The notes: a model not told the origin generated them from the sequence alone. Shown: positions 1-12,740, counted from the stretch's first letter. The stretch is DNA of 64,000 bases from Octopus sinensis (GCF_006345805.1 NC_042998.1:63426001-63490000), one strand, 5' to 3'. Numbers and translations are program-made.

Positions 1-876
1 TTTACCTTTTCGTTCTTCTAACAACTGTGGCTAACTGGAACGTATCGTCCCGGTAACATGGTTGTTGAGACAACTGCAACTGCTTCGGCAAAAAAAAAAA
101 ATAATTGCTTGTTAATTGTCTACTTTTATTCATCCAGTCATGTGACACGATTTTATCGGGTAACGTTTTCCTATCCTTACATCATTTATCATGTAGATAA
201 CGCATATATTCCATTCGTGTAACACTTTATTGACACCACCAGGTGGCACCTCTATACATTAACTCATTTTATGGGGTTATAGTCTTCACCATGGGACGCT
301 TGTTTTTAGTGCAGTTTTATCCATTTAGATCGTAAACAACTGAAATTACAGTTTACCAGTTTATATTTCGCTTAGGAATTTATTGCAACATTTTCCGTTC
401 ATTAATAAAATCATTATCAGAGCACACTATCATCATTCTTTGCAACGTCATGGCATTATTTGTCAACGAGGATGATATTGGAACGTAATACAGATCTTAT
501 TACCTCCTTGTGCCTGCAACAAGAAACTTTAGAAATGCAAGGACAACGTGATACGCAATATTTGGACATTTTAACACCGTTAGAATCCATATTTGTGCTT
601 CAAATCCAACTACATCAACTAAGAATCAGAACAACATCACTTCAAAAGTTTCCGACAAGCTTCGTATCTTTGAATATGACGAGCAAAACGAAATAACCTT
701 TGAATCTTCATACAAGCGTTATCAAGATCCCCATGTCAGTGTTACATCGGAACTAGATGATTGATGTAAAGTAAGGTAAGTCTGCTATTGCGAAAGTGAG
801 ACAGTATTGAATATAACAAATACTTTCACTTAATATTAACAATGGTGAACCAGCTTCATTGTTTGATATCAGATAT

Positions 877-1160
877 CACCGTCACCGACCAGGCTGTCAG
901 ATGTTGCTACACATCGCTAGTCACAATGCGCTTCGCATTTTTTTGCCTTCAAATGACGCCACACCGCTGGCTAAGCGAGCAGGCCAAAAGAAGGAGTGAG
1001 AGAAAATTGTGGCGAAAGTGTACAGCAGGGTTCCGGAATCTTGTGTAGCTGTAGGTGTTTTCGCTCAATAAACACTCACAACGCCCGGTTTGGGAATCGA
1101 AACCGCGATCTTACAACCGTGAGTCCGCTGCCCTGACCACTGGGCCATTGTGCCTCCACA
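877..1160 (-). mobile_element. tRNA-derived SINE, family 3, tail type A, nested in Gypsy gag
   Basis: Minus-strand tRNA-like head (TGGCCCAGTGG A box; GTTTCGATTCC B box); homologous to 5658-5970; flanked by an 11-bp TSD ATATCAGATAT (866-876, 1161-1171). Confidence 0.85.
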
Positions 1161-1411
1161 ATATCAGATATAAATGTCTGAAATTAGAAAAAAGTCGAGA
1201 GGAAATTGTTATTGCATATGCTGGACTTTAAAGAAGGCGAAAAATTTAAAAGACTGACAATTACTGATGACCAATTTAAGAATTTGACCTAACATCACCA
1301 AGCTGTGACAATATAAGAACTCATGTCCTGAAATTTAAATAAATCAGGCGATATTAACTTACTACAATTAACAAGTGAATACCAACAACTAGTTAATATC
1401 AATCCGGATTA

Positions 1412-1618
1412 GGCGGCGAGGAGCTGGCAGAGTCGTTAACACACCGGGCCAAATGCTTAGCGGAATTCCGTCTCTCTTTACGTTCAACTTCTGCCCAGAT
1501 CGACTTTGTCTTTTATACTTTCGGGGTCGATAACATAAGTACAAGTTGAGGACTGGGCTCGATGTAATCGACTTACCTAATCTCCCGCAATTATTGGCAT
1601 TGTGCCAAAAATTTGACC
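1412..1618 (+). mobile_element. tRNA-derived SINE, family 2 (GGCGGCGAGCTGGCAGA head), tail type Y, nested in Gypsy gag
   Basis: Homologous to copies at 24645, 29020, 39712 and 46975; conserved body CTTT(C/T)AT(C/A)CTTTCGGGGTCGAT..AAGTAC. Confidence 0.85.
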
Positions 1619-2743
1619 AATATTAAGCATGAAACTGAAATGATACAAAATTCCACAGGACATGAATTGATTTCAACCACAAATGCAGTTACCGCAAAGA
1701 AACAGAGCTGGAGTTCGCTGAATTGTAAAATACCTTATTCATCTCATAAAACTCAGCGATGCCCACCAATGGCATGATAGAACTGTACCGAGTTCTTATA
1801 AGAATAAAAACTAACTCATATGTCAAAATTATGGACATAAAAATGGTTATGGCTATCGTGATGGTCATTCCGGTAACAGTAAAAATTATTGAATTCCATT
1901 CAACTTCTTAAAGTATTATTTCAAATAGAGTCTACGACACACCTAAGGGGAAACCACTTCAGAACGGAAGTATATTACTGTACAGATAGATATGAATATG
2001 ATATACGCTTACAACGTCACACGACATCTGATATTACCATCGTTTCTGAAGAAACATGGTAGAGAATCAGCAAACTAGCCTTTATCAAGTAAACATGTGC
2101 CAATACTTCGTTTTCTATTTGTGAATATTTTTTTTCATTATTTGTTAGACTTAGAGAAGATTCTGCCAGCTCGCCGCCTTATTTCAGTTCATAATAAGGC
2201 TACCTTATTTTCACCCCAATCAACAAACGAAAATCTTAATATGTGAACAGATAGGAAGTTGGCGGATAGCTAGAATTGTTATTTGCTTTGACGGTTTATA
2301 TTGAGTGATCAAGTCTTACCTACGTCAAATTTGCCTTTCCTCGTGGGCCATTTACCATTTATCACTCAATTAAACAGTCTATATACTAACCTACTACTAT
2401 TAAAATGTTGGCTGTGTTTTTTAGATGAATTAACAATGATTGAAACTGTGGAGCCGGACTCCAGTCTGAGAATTAAGTGCTGACTTTTCCCACCAGTCAC
2501 AGTCTAGTTGAAATAATCACAAGGGTTGCTTTTTCTCCTCTGGATATGCATTAAGTTGTGTGTGTGTCCGCATGTATGTAAGAGAGAGAAAGTGTGTATG
2601 TGTGTGTGTGTGCGCACATATATATTCAAATTGGTCGTACCAATATACAAGATACCACTTTCAAATTAACATTGTGGTGTTCACAATTTAAAACAAGCTT
2701 TAAATATGAATTACAGTTTATAGAAGAGAAACTCAAACACTGA

Positions 2744-3079
2744 TGTGTGGGGTCTTAGAAACCTTAACTTAACCAACGCAGTACTCACTAAGCTCCGTTA
2801 TTTCCGTTTCTGCCACAAGCATTTGAAAAGCATAAATGCTATTAAGGAAGGCGGTGTTTTTAATTCCCGAGTAGAAACAGCAGCAAATTGATGTCGGAAA
2901 TATCAGCGTTTATTACAAATCAAACTATATATTCATCTATAGACTTTAGTTCTTAAACTTAACTCATAAGCCCAGTGTTTCGTATTAGGAGGTTACGTCT
3001 CATGTGGAGTGGGTTGTGAAGTATATAAAAGGCGAGAGAAACTTCTCATGTTTAATAAAATTAAACATCATGGCGACGA
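2744..3079 (+). mobile_element. Probable LTR followed by a primer-binding site (second LTR retrotransposon 5' end)
   Basis: TG start (~2744), TATATAAAAG (3022-3031), AATAAA (~3054), CA end (3067 or 3070), then TGGCGACGA (3071-3079), a PBS-type motif. Confidence 0.5.
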
Positions 3080-4106
3080 TAGGAGAATTATGTGAATTAA
3101 CAGAACTCTTGAGAATTCCCCAGTTATTTTGAAAGCTGTAAGATAGCTGGGAGATTACAGAGATCCATGAAGTATATAATTGCTTTTGAAATTGTAATTT
3201 GTGTCAACATTTGATGCTTTAGATGGTGTAAAATTCCATACGCGTTAAATTGAATACGCTCGATCAGGTGATAACATCTTTGCATACTTGAGTCCTTGAT
3301 ATACGCTTGTCGCTTCTTCTGATTCGAGAGATTTTATCTCTTTCTTTTCCCTTTACGTAAAAGGTTTACTAATTTTAGACATATAAGGAAACCGAAGGCA
3401 TCTGTCATATTATTCTGTCACAGTACAACGATGTTGGTCAATCTTTATACAGCAGACATACTTTCATATTGGAGAAATGTTCATATGGCTAGACTTAAAT
3501 ACGCAGACCTAGAGAACGAGTTCAGTTATCCCGCTGAGCCGTGGATTCTCAAATCTTAGGAATATGGTATGAACAGAGGTGATATTTTTAAAGAGTTCTT
3601 CTCAAACATGTGGTTCTACATTCGCTGCCACTGCGTAGCATCTTGCATAAACATTTTCTACTGTGTGTGTGCGTGTGTGTGTGTGTGTGTGTTTAATGAA
3701 AAGGTTATTTTTTGACTTTCGCATTTGAATCCGACTTTTACACCTAAAACCAGATATCTTTTAGCACTACAATGCTGGTATATATTCACCTTCATATTTT
3801 AAATTCGACTTTTTCGAAAGCCTTCGACTGTTTTGCAAATCTGAATTGAAATTTCGCCAAGTTTAAATTTTTGCTCATTCTTTACTATATTTATACTCAT
3901 TTTTTACACATTTTCAAAATTAAACCTTAAATTTCAGATTTATAGTTTTTTTAAATGTGTATGCTTACATTACACTTAATTATATTATATTAATTTATTC
4001 TACCCTTTTCTCATTTTGATATGCAATACACCAGAAATTTCTAATATATTTGTATGTGTATATATGTTACAGCATATATATTATATATATGTATATATAT
4101 ATATAC

Positions 4107-4166
<60 letters not shown>

Positions 4167-4183
4167 TTCTTTCTTTTATCTTT

Positions 4184-4576
4184 TACTTGTTTCAGTCATT
4201 TGACTGCGGCCATGCTGGAGCATCGCCTTTAGTCGAGCAAATCGACCCCGGGACTTATTCTTTTTAAGCCCAGTACTTATTCTATCGGTTTCTTTTGCCG
4301 AACCGCTAAGTGACGGGGACGTAAACACACCAGCATCGGTTGTCAAGCAATGCTAGGGGGACAAACACACAAACACACACATACACACACACATATATAT
4401 ATATACATATATACGACAGGCTTCTTTCAGTTTCCGTCTACCAAATCCACTCACAAGGCATTGGTCGGCCAGGGGCTATAGCAGAAGACACTTGCCCAAG
4501 ATGCCACGCAGTGGGACTGAACCCGGAGCCATGTGGTTGGTTAGCAAGCTACTTACCACACAGCCACTCCTGCGCC
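4184..4576 (-). mobile_element. Full-length tRNA-derived SINE, family 1 (tRNA head, CORE-like CTTGGGCAAG body, internal TA/TG microsatellite, CR1-like tail)
   Basis: Head GGCGCAGGAGTGGCTGTGTGG...GGTTCAGTCCC; tail GGCGATGCTCCAGCATGGCCGCAGTCAAATGACTGAAACAAGTAAAAGA; more than 10 related copies in the window. Confidence 0.9.
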
Positions 4577-4592
4577 TATAAATATATATATA

Positions 4593-4817
4593 TTTTTTTT
4601 TTTGTTGGCATCCTTTCTGTCTCAGGAGACAATGGAGTTGCGCATAAAATAATCTAGTCCGGCTTTACATTTCATGTCCTAGTACATCTCCTGCTGTGGT
4701 TGTGTAGTCCTATCCTGGACAAACACTCCATCTGGCAGGTGCCGCAAATGTAGCGAAGACTTTGCCTGACTTGTTGTAATGTCATAGTTTCTAGTTGACG
4801 TCTTTTCTTGTCTTTCC

Positions 4818-4859
<42 letters not shown>

Positions 4860-5015
4860 CACTCCTTTGTGTTTCCTCTTTTACGGTACGTCGCCCATCT
4901 CCACGGTTGCTGGCAACTGCTTCCCAGTTGTTAATATTGATGTTGCAGGCTTTCATGTCCCTTTTGCAAGCATCCTTGTATCGTAAGAACGGTTTCCCAT
5001 AGACCTAGTGCCCCT
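4593..5015 (-). mobile_element. RTE-clade LINE 3' end (RT C-terminus + C2H2 finger)
   Basis: PFLRYKDACKRDMKACNININNWEAVASNR and YICGTCQMECLSRIGLHNHSRRC; A-rich tail. Confidence 0.85.
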
Positions 5016-5508
5016 AGCAAGCTTTCCGTATATCTACGTATATGTTTATTAGTATATATGCTTGTGTATTACTGTTGTATATATGTATGTATTTATGTAG
5101 ATATGAATGTCTGTTTTATATGTGTGTGTTTTTCATATACGTGAGTTTGCAAGCTTACAGAAGTATCTAACATTTGTTAGAAATTTTTGGGGAACGAAAA
5201 ATTCCAAATCATTTCTCTCTCCCCCTCTCTCTATTTTCTCTTTCTCTTTCTAGTTTTCTCTTTTCCTTTCTATTTTTCTCTTTATCTCCATATTTTCCCC
5301 ACTATTTCTTTTTCTCTCTCCCACCACTTATTATTTTCTGATTTTCTTTTTCTTTTTCTAGCTATCAACGACTAAGTTGTACATTTAGACATATGCATGG
5401 AGACGCATTATGAGTTGTGTATATATGTACTTAGATACCTATAAATGTATTAGTATATATGTATTATATATATATATATATATAATATATGTATGTATAA
5501 TATATATA

Positions 5509-5557
<49 letters not shown>

Positions 5558-5657
5558 TATATATATACATTATATATATGTATATTTATATATATTATAA
5601 ATATATATATATACATGTATATATATACATGTAATATATATGTATGTATATATATAT

Positions 5658-5970
5658 ATCACCGTGATCACCGTGATCGACCAGACTATCAGATGTTGCT
5701 ACACATCGCTGGTCACAATGCCCTTTGCATTGTTTTAGCCTTCAAATGATGCCACCCCGCTGGCTAAGCGAGCAGGCCAACAGAAGAAAGAGTGAGAGAA
5801 AGTTGTGGCGAAAGAGTACTGCAGGGACCGCCACCAACCCCTGCCGGAGCCTCGTGGAGTTTTAAGTGTTTTCGCTCAATAAACACACACAACGCCCGGT
5901 CTGGGAATCGAATCCGCGATCCTACGACCGCGAGTCTGCTGCCCTAGCCACTGGGTCATTGCGCCTCCAC
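5658..5970 (-). mobile_element. SINE family 3, tail type A
   Basis: Collinear with 877-1160; tail ends in tandem CACGGTGAT. Confidence 0.85.
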
Positions 5971-5984
5971 ATATATATATATAT

Positions 5985-6210
5985 ATATATATCTATATAA
6001 CAGGAAGCTTTACGAAAATAAACAAAAGACGGAGGCAGGTGGAGTACAAACAAACAATTGTATTAGTATGGCGCTCAGGAATAGAAATAAAACAAGACTT
6101 TTACATTTCGAGCCTACGCTCTTCAACAGAAAGATACACAGAAAAGAAACACGGAGAGAAACAAGGAGAGAAAAAATGCGTGCAAGAGCTAACGAATCAA
6201 CATGGCGGTC
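5985..6210 (-). mobile_element. Non-coding Penelope-type repeat with a hammerhead-like motif (6097-6134)
   Basis: tcttt-CTGTTGA-a-gagc-gtag-gctc-GAAAT-GTA-aaagt; same family as 43980-44610 and 53830-54040; flanked by (TA)n. Confidence 0.6.
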
Positions 6211-6536
6211 ATATATATATATGTGTATATTTGTTTGTATATGTATGTAGGCATGTACCAACGTTTGGATGTGTAGTGTATATATGCATATATAGTTTAT
6301 TGATGTGTACGTATAAGTAAATGTATATGTATTTTTATGTTGTCAGTTCTGTTGATGGGATCAACTGGAACCCTCGTTGTCGTAACTGAGTGCAACGTTA
6401 TAATTTATGAGAAAGAATATGAAACTTCTCTATTGAACATAATCATGTTAGCTGAAGAAGTTTAAACAAGTACAAGGGGATTGAAACTTCCTGCCATATA
6501 TACCGTGCTCTGATGTTGTATCTTTCTGTTATTTAG

Positions 6537-6609
6537 ATGCCCGGAAGATGTAGAATGACCCTGTCCGTGAGATTGGCCCAGGTAGTACCAAGATGACAAA
6601 ACCAACCTC
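6537..6609 (+). other. Candidate spliced exon (non-coding, or short via an internal donor)
   Basis: Acceptor tctttctgttatttAG (AG at 6535-36); donor GTAAGT at 6610; all three frames are stopped across the 73 nt. Confidence 0.25.
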
Positions 6610-6864
6610 GTAAGTAGACGTTTAGATATAGTTACCTACAAACATACTTTTATAGACATATTTACACCACCAGACATATCTGTATATATACAGGAAGTTA
6701 TGTAGTTGTGTTGTATTGAAAACAAAATTTATTTGCTCTGAATTGTTTGTTGATTGTAATTGTCGAGTGTATAAATGAACAGTTCAATAGAAAATTATAA
6801 TACAGATAGTAAATACTAACCAACTAATATGAATAACAACTGCAGTAGTTTAAAGAAACGATAA

Positions 6865-6941
6865 TAATAAAAAATAATAGAAATATAATAATAATAATAA
6901 CAATAACAATAATAATAATGATAATAATAATAATAATAATA

Positions 6942-6980
<39 letters not shown>

Positions 6981-6982
6981 TG

Positions 6983-7050
<68 letters not shown>
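6865..7050. repeat. (AAT)n microsatellite
   Basis: Direct reading; source of the poly-L/poly-I pseudo-ORFs. Confidence 0.95.
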
Positions 7051-7348
7051 TCCAAAGGGAAGATGTAGTGCGTAGAAAATCAATGTCTGCTATAAAACAT
7101 ACAATACCTCAAAGAGAAAATAAATACATACCACACCGCATTTTTTATGACTACATGTACTTTTATTCCTTTACTTGTTTCAGTATTTTGAATGCGACCA
7201 TGCTGGAACATTATATATATATATACATCCATATATATACACATATAAATACATGTATTTATATGCATGTATATATATATATATGTGTATATATATATAA
7301 ATATATTCATATATATGCATACGTATATTATATGTACGTATATAATTA

Positions 7349-7458
<110 letters not shown>

Positions 7459-7932
7459 ATGTACGTATATATATCATATCAATTATATATATATATAATA
7501 ACTACATACATATAATTGCCGGAGTGGCTGTGGGGTAGAAGCTTGTTTCCCAACCACATGACCTCGGGTTCAGTCCCACTGCGTAGTACCTACTACTATT
7601 TGTGAGTGGGTTTGGTAGACGGAAATTGAAAGACATCCGTCATTTATATATATGTGTGTGTGCGTTTGTGTGTGTGCCTGTGTGAAAGAGAGTGTGTGTG
7701 TATATATGCACATATATATTTGTATCTATGTATACACATATATATAAATAGTATGAGAAAAGAACACAGGCGTAGACTTAGTACTATTTTAACGCGATTA
7801 CTATTAGACACAAAACCTGAACGGTGTAATTTTCATGTATCGAACGAATCCTATCACGGGTTCATACATATGTATGTATGTGTGTGTGTGTGAGTGAAAG
7901 AGAGAGTGTGTGTATGTATGAATGTAATTATG

Positions 7933-7980
<48 letters not shown>

Positions 7981-8336
7981 AATAGAGAGAGAGAGAGAGA
8001 GGCACGTTTGCAAACACACACAAACAGACATATATAATGGTAACGGTTGAGCCGTGATATTTGTTCTATTTATATGAATAATATGTAGAAAATTAAAATT
8101 TTATTTATCTAGCATAATTGTCCATGGTGTTTTGTAATGGTAACAATTTTTTCTGCAACACTGAACACATGATCAAACAGTATTTTGGAAATCATTATCC
8201 CATTCGATATTCTCTTATTTCATACATTTATATAACATCCAGGTAATGCAATCTATACCTCTACAAAAAATGCATATACACATAGGCGATACATACATAT
8301 ACACATACATACATTTACATACAGAGTCACATACAC

Positions 8337-8371
<35 letters not shown>

Positions 8372-8382
8372 GTATATATATA

Positions 8383-8429
<47 letters not shown>

Positions 8430-9002
8430 TATATATATATATAATTTACGTACACATACACATATAGATATATAGACAGAGAAATACATAAACATATATA
8501 TATGATAGAAATACATAAACGTATATGTATATATAATATATATATATATAATATATATATATATATTATATATATATGTACATTAGAATCACATGCATTC
8601 ATATATACACATGCATGAATAGATTACATACAACGTTCGTTTTAAATGGAGGGACAAGTAATATGAACGTATGCCTGTGTAACTGTATGCTTATGTGGAT
8701 GTGACTATTTAAATATTGCCTAACAGATAGTTACCAATACATTCTCTCGCACCCTGTTTGTCTCTCTCTCTCCCTTTCTCTCACTTCATACATATACATA
8801 AACACTCATATCCGTATGAGTATGCGTGTTTATATGTGTCAGTGTGTGTGTACGTTACTAGAGTTGGGATACTTTGTATATATATTAACATACATGAGTA
8901 CATAAACACACACACATATGCAATGTCCTTTTTTGTGGTTATCATCATCACCGTCGTCACCGTTCGCATCATTATCCTCCCCTTCTTCGTCATCATTGTA
9001 CT

Positions 9003-9172
<170 letters not shown>

Positions 9173-9371
9173 TTGGCATTAGTATTAGTATTGCATTAAC
9201 CATACTCATTACAGTGTGTCATAAAGTAGCATTAGTCAGAAACACGTTATGTATACTGTGTATAAATTTATATATGTTAGATCCTATTAATGTGTATATG
9301 CATTAAATCCTATTGAAGAAAACAAACGTAAAGAAATAGATTATAAAACGGGTATGTGAAAAGGTAGAGAG

Positions 9372-9420
<49 letters not shown>

Positions 9421-9518
9421 TGTGTGCTGTTTTTATATATAATATATAATTTATATAAAACGGAATTGAATATAAACATGATAAATATACGACTATACAG
9501 TCACTTTAGAAAAAGTAT

Positions 9519-9583
<65 letters not shown>

Positions 9584-9794
9584 ATACATATGTATGTGTG
9601 TTATATATATATATGTATTTTATTATATGATATATATGTATATATATATATTATAGATATACATATTATATATATATAAGTAGGTGAATGAATATCCTAT
9701 GTTATCGTCAGCAGATTAAAGGAATTTTGTTAACATCTTCGTTCGACTCCATTCTTTCATTTACTCATATATATATATTATATATATATTATAT

Positions 9795-11034
9795 ATATAC
9801 AATATGTTACATTACTCGGTAGTCAAGATAAAACTCTGAGTTTCAGATGCCGAAGTGGAAATCCACAACACCATCTTCGGTTATCTGGCCTATTTGAAAA
9901 CGTTATGAAAAAATACCGTAAAAATGAAGGGAAATTACTCTGTTATAACTCTGCTTTGCCTGCGTACTTATACATCGCTCGCTTTTTCGTCATAAAATTA
10001 TATAAAAAATACATAAAAATATATAAAAATATATAAAAAATATATAAATCTTCTTGGGACATAACACAGAAAGCATGTTCTATCCATTTCTTTAGGGACA
10101 AAAAAACGTAACAGAATTTAGTCACATGTGGGCATGATCCGAAAAGCTCTGTCCTTGTATTTAGACATGTGGTAGGGTCTAAGCTGCTTTTCCAGATAAG
10201 CCATCTCTCCATGTCGCATAAACCGCACCTTCCGCTGCCGTTAGTATAGGGCTTACATCTGGCCAAAATCTTCCATTGTATGTTATAATCGACACCTTTA
10301 TCTCTTAAGACCAAATATGATTGGATAATTGTGTCGCTTTTCTTTTGTTCCAGTGCCTAAAGCTCAAAGTGTGGTTATTGAACCTGGCCTTGAAATTACC
10401 CTCTGTCAGGCCCACGTATTTCTTCGTCGAAACGGTGTCTTAGTGGTTATAGAGTTTACGGTAGCTTCATATATGATGGTCTTGGACATGCAAGCTCCAT
10501 TTAGCGGGCACATTCTTATTCCTGCATGAACAGCTGTTTTCTTCTTGTGTTTTTGTATGTTATGATTGATTATGTTTTTAAAATTGGTAGTTGAACTAAA
10601 ACTAATTTTTAAATTGTGTCTATAAAGAGTTTCCTATAAGCATGGTTAACTGGAAAATGTCTATCTATCAGTGCTAGGAAATATTTACCTATATTGAAGG
10701 CCACCTCGGGTGAGTAAGGGGGCGTAAACCAGATGACCTCCTATTTCTATTATTCCTTTTCCTTATTGTTGGGCTGGTGATAGGTGTATATTTTATTTTT
10801 TCGCTAAAACCACTATCTTTTAAAGCTTTATTATAAACTGGGGCACGCTATTGAAGATGTCCTCATTAGATGAGAGGCTAGAAATCCTCTTACTAATATT
10901 TTTAACTAAATTTTTGAATACTATAGGGGGATGGCATGAACCTACATTAATATAACTTAGTCTATCATTGGGCTTCCTATAAGGCTTATAAATATTATTA
11001 TTAAGATCTAAGGAAACGTCTAAGAAATTGACAA
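9795..11034 (-). mobile_element. Penelope-like element (Hydra-type), left inverted arm: RT C-terminus, GIY-YIG endonuclease, 3' UTR
   Basis: LRDKGVDYNIQWKILARCKPY...RCGLCDMERWLIWK...LNTRTELFGSCPH; reverse complement of 11096-12346. Confidence 0.9.
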
Positions 11035-12346
11035 GGATATTATCCAGTTAATGAAACACTTCGGACTTAGTATAACTATAGACACTACCTGACGGTTGTC
11101 AATTTCTTAGACGTTTCCTAGATCTTAATAATAATATTTATAAGCCTTATAGGAAGCCCAATGATGACTAAGTTATATTATGTAGGTTCATGCCATCCCC
11201 CTATAGTATTCAAAAATTTAGTTAAAATATTAGTAAGAGGATTTCTAGCCTCTCATCTAATGAGGACATCTTCAATAGCGTTGCCCCAGTTATAATAAAG
11301 CTTTAAAAGATAGTGGTTTTAGCGAAAAAAATAAAATATACACTATCACCAGCCCAACAATAAGGAAAAGGGAATAATAGAAATAGGAAGGTCATCTGGT
11401 TTACGCCCCCTTACTCACCCGAGGTGGCCTTCAATATAGGTAATATTTCCTAGCACTGATAGATAGACATTTTCCAGTTAACCATGCTTATAGGAAACTC
11501 TTTAATAGACACAATTTAAAAATTAGTTTTAGTTCAACTACCAATTAAAAAACATAATCAATCATAACATACAAAAAACACAAGAAGAAAACAGCTGTTC
11601 ATGCAGAGGAATAAAGAATTGTGCCCGCTAAATGGAGCTTGCATGTCCAAAGACCATCATATATGAAGCTACCGTAAACTCTATAACCACTAAAGACACC
11701 GTTTCGACGAAGAAATACGTGGGCCTGACAGAGGGTAATTTCAAGGCCAGGTTCAATAACCACACTTTGAGCTTTAGGCACTGGAACAAAAGAAAAGCGA
11801 CACAATTATCCAATCATATTTGGTCTTTAAGAGATAAAGGTGTCGATTATAACATACAATGGAAGATTTTGGCCAGATGTAAGCCCCTATACTAACGGCA
11901 GCGGAAGTTGCGGTTTATGCGACAAGGGAGAGATGGCTTATCTGGAAAAGCAGCTAGACCCTACCACATGTCTAAATACAAGGACAGAGCTTTTCGGATC
12001 ATGCCCACAGTGACTAAATTCTGTTACGTTTTGGTCCCCTAAAGAAAAGAAAATGGATAGAACATGCTTTCTGTGTTATGTCCCAAGAAGATTTATTATT
12101 TTTATATATTTTTATATATTTTATGTATTTTATATAATTTATGACGACGAAAAATGCGAGCGATGTGTATAAGTACGCAGGCAAAGCAGAGTTATAACAG
12201 AGTAATTTCCCTTCATTTTAACGGTATTTTTTCATAACGTTTTCAAATAGCCAGATAACCGAAGAGATGGTGTTGTGGATTTCCACTTCGGCATCTGAAA
12301 CTCAGAGTTTTTCTTGAAGACTTACGAGTAATGTACATATTGTATA
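11035..12346 (+). mobile_element. Penelope-like element (Hydra-type), right arm, 61 nt longer at its 5' end
   Basis: Reconstructed from both arms: KDIIQLMKHFGLSITIDT..VVNFLDVS..YKPYRKPN..SCHPP; linker CSCRNKxxCPLNGAC; IIYEATV..KYVGLTEGNFKARFNNHTLSF (GIY-YIG). Confidence 0.9.
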
Positions 12347-12689
12347 GATAAATTTCCTCTATTACATAATATTGAGGTCTCTTTCTCTTTTGTTATCTTA
12401 CCGTTTTATCAATATATATTATATATATTATATATATATATATATATTATATATACATATACATACACACATATGATATGAATAAAATATAACTATCTAT
12501 CTATCTATCTATCTATCTCTCTATGTATATAATATATATATATTATATTCATATAATACATATATACATATATATACATTATTTATATATGTATGTATAT
12601 ATAAATAAATATGTTTACATATACATACAGACATATAATACGTATGTATATGAGTATAGCTATTCTATATATATATATATCTTCTCTCC

Positions 12690-12740
<51 letters not shown>

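Larger units (their letters stand above)
461..2100 (+). mobile_element. Decayed Ty3/Gypsy LTR retrotransposon: PBS-like motif, gag and aspartic protease remnant, interrupted by two SINEs
   Basis: TGTCAACGAGG-ATG (461-474) resembles the TGGCGACGAGG PBS/start of Gypsy elements. Manual translation across frameshifts and stops gives FEYDEQNEITFESSYKR, LLLRK*DSIEYNKY, FDIRYKCLKLEK, TDDQFK, LVNIKHETEMIQ, a degenerate CCHC (WHDR..P..YKNK..C.NYGHKNGY) and a retropepsin-like IRLQRHTTSDITIVSEETW*RISK. Confidence 0.75.

Noticed and set aside
600-680. LRR-like peptide LHQLRIRTTSLQKFPTSFVSL in ORF 460-696
   Set aside because: A single unit; the overlapping frame matches Gypsy gag much better.
773-781. 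Perfect AAG|GTAAGT splice donor
   Set aside because: Lies inside decayed gag sequence, with no open upstream exon.
3379-3560. Branchpoint-plus-AG acceptor followed by a ~60-codon open frame
   Set aside because: No good donor before the stop and no recognisable protein.
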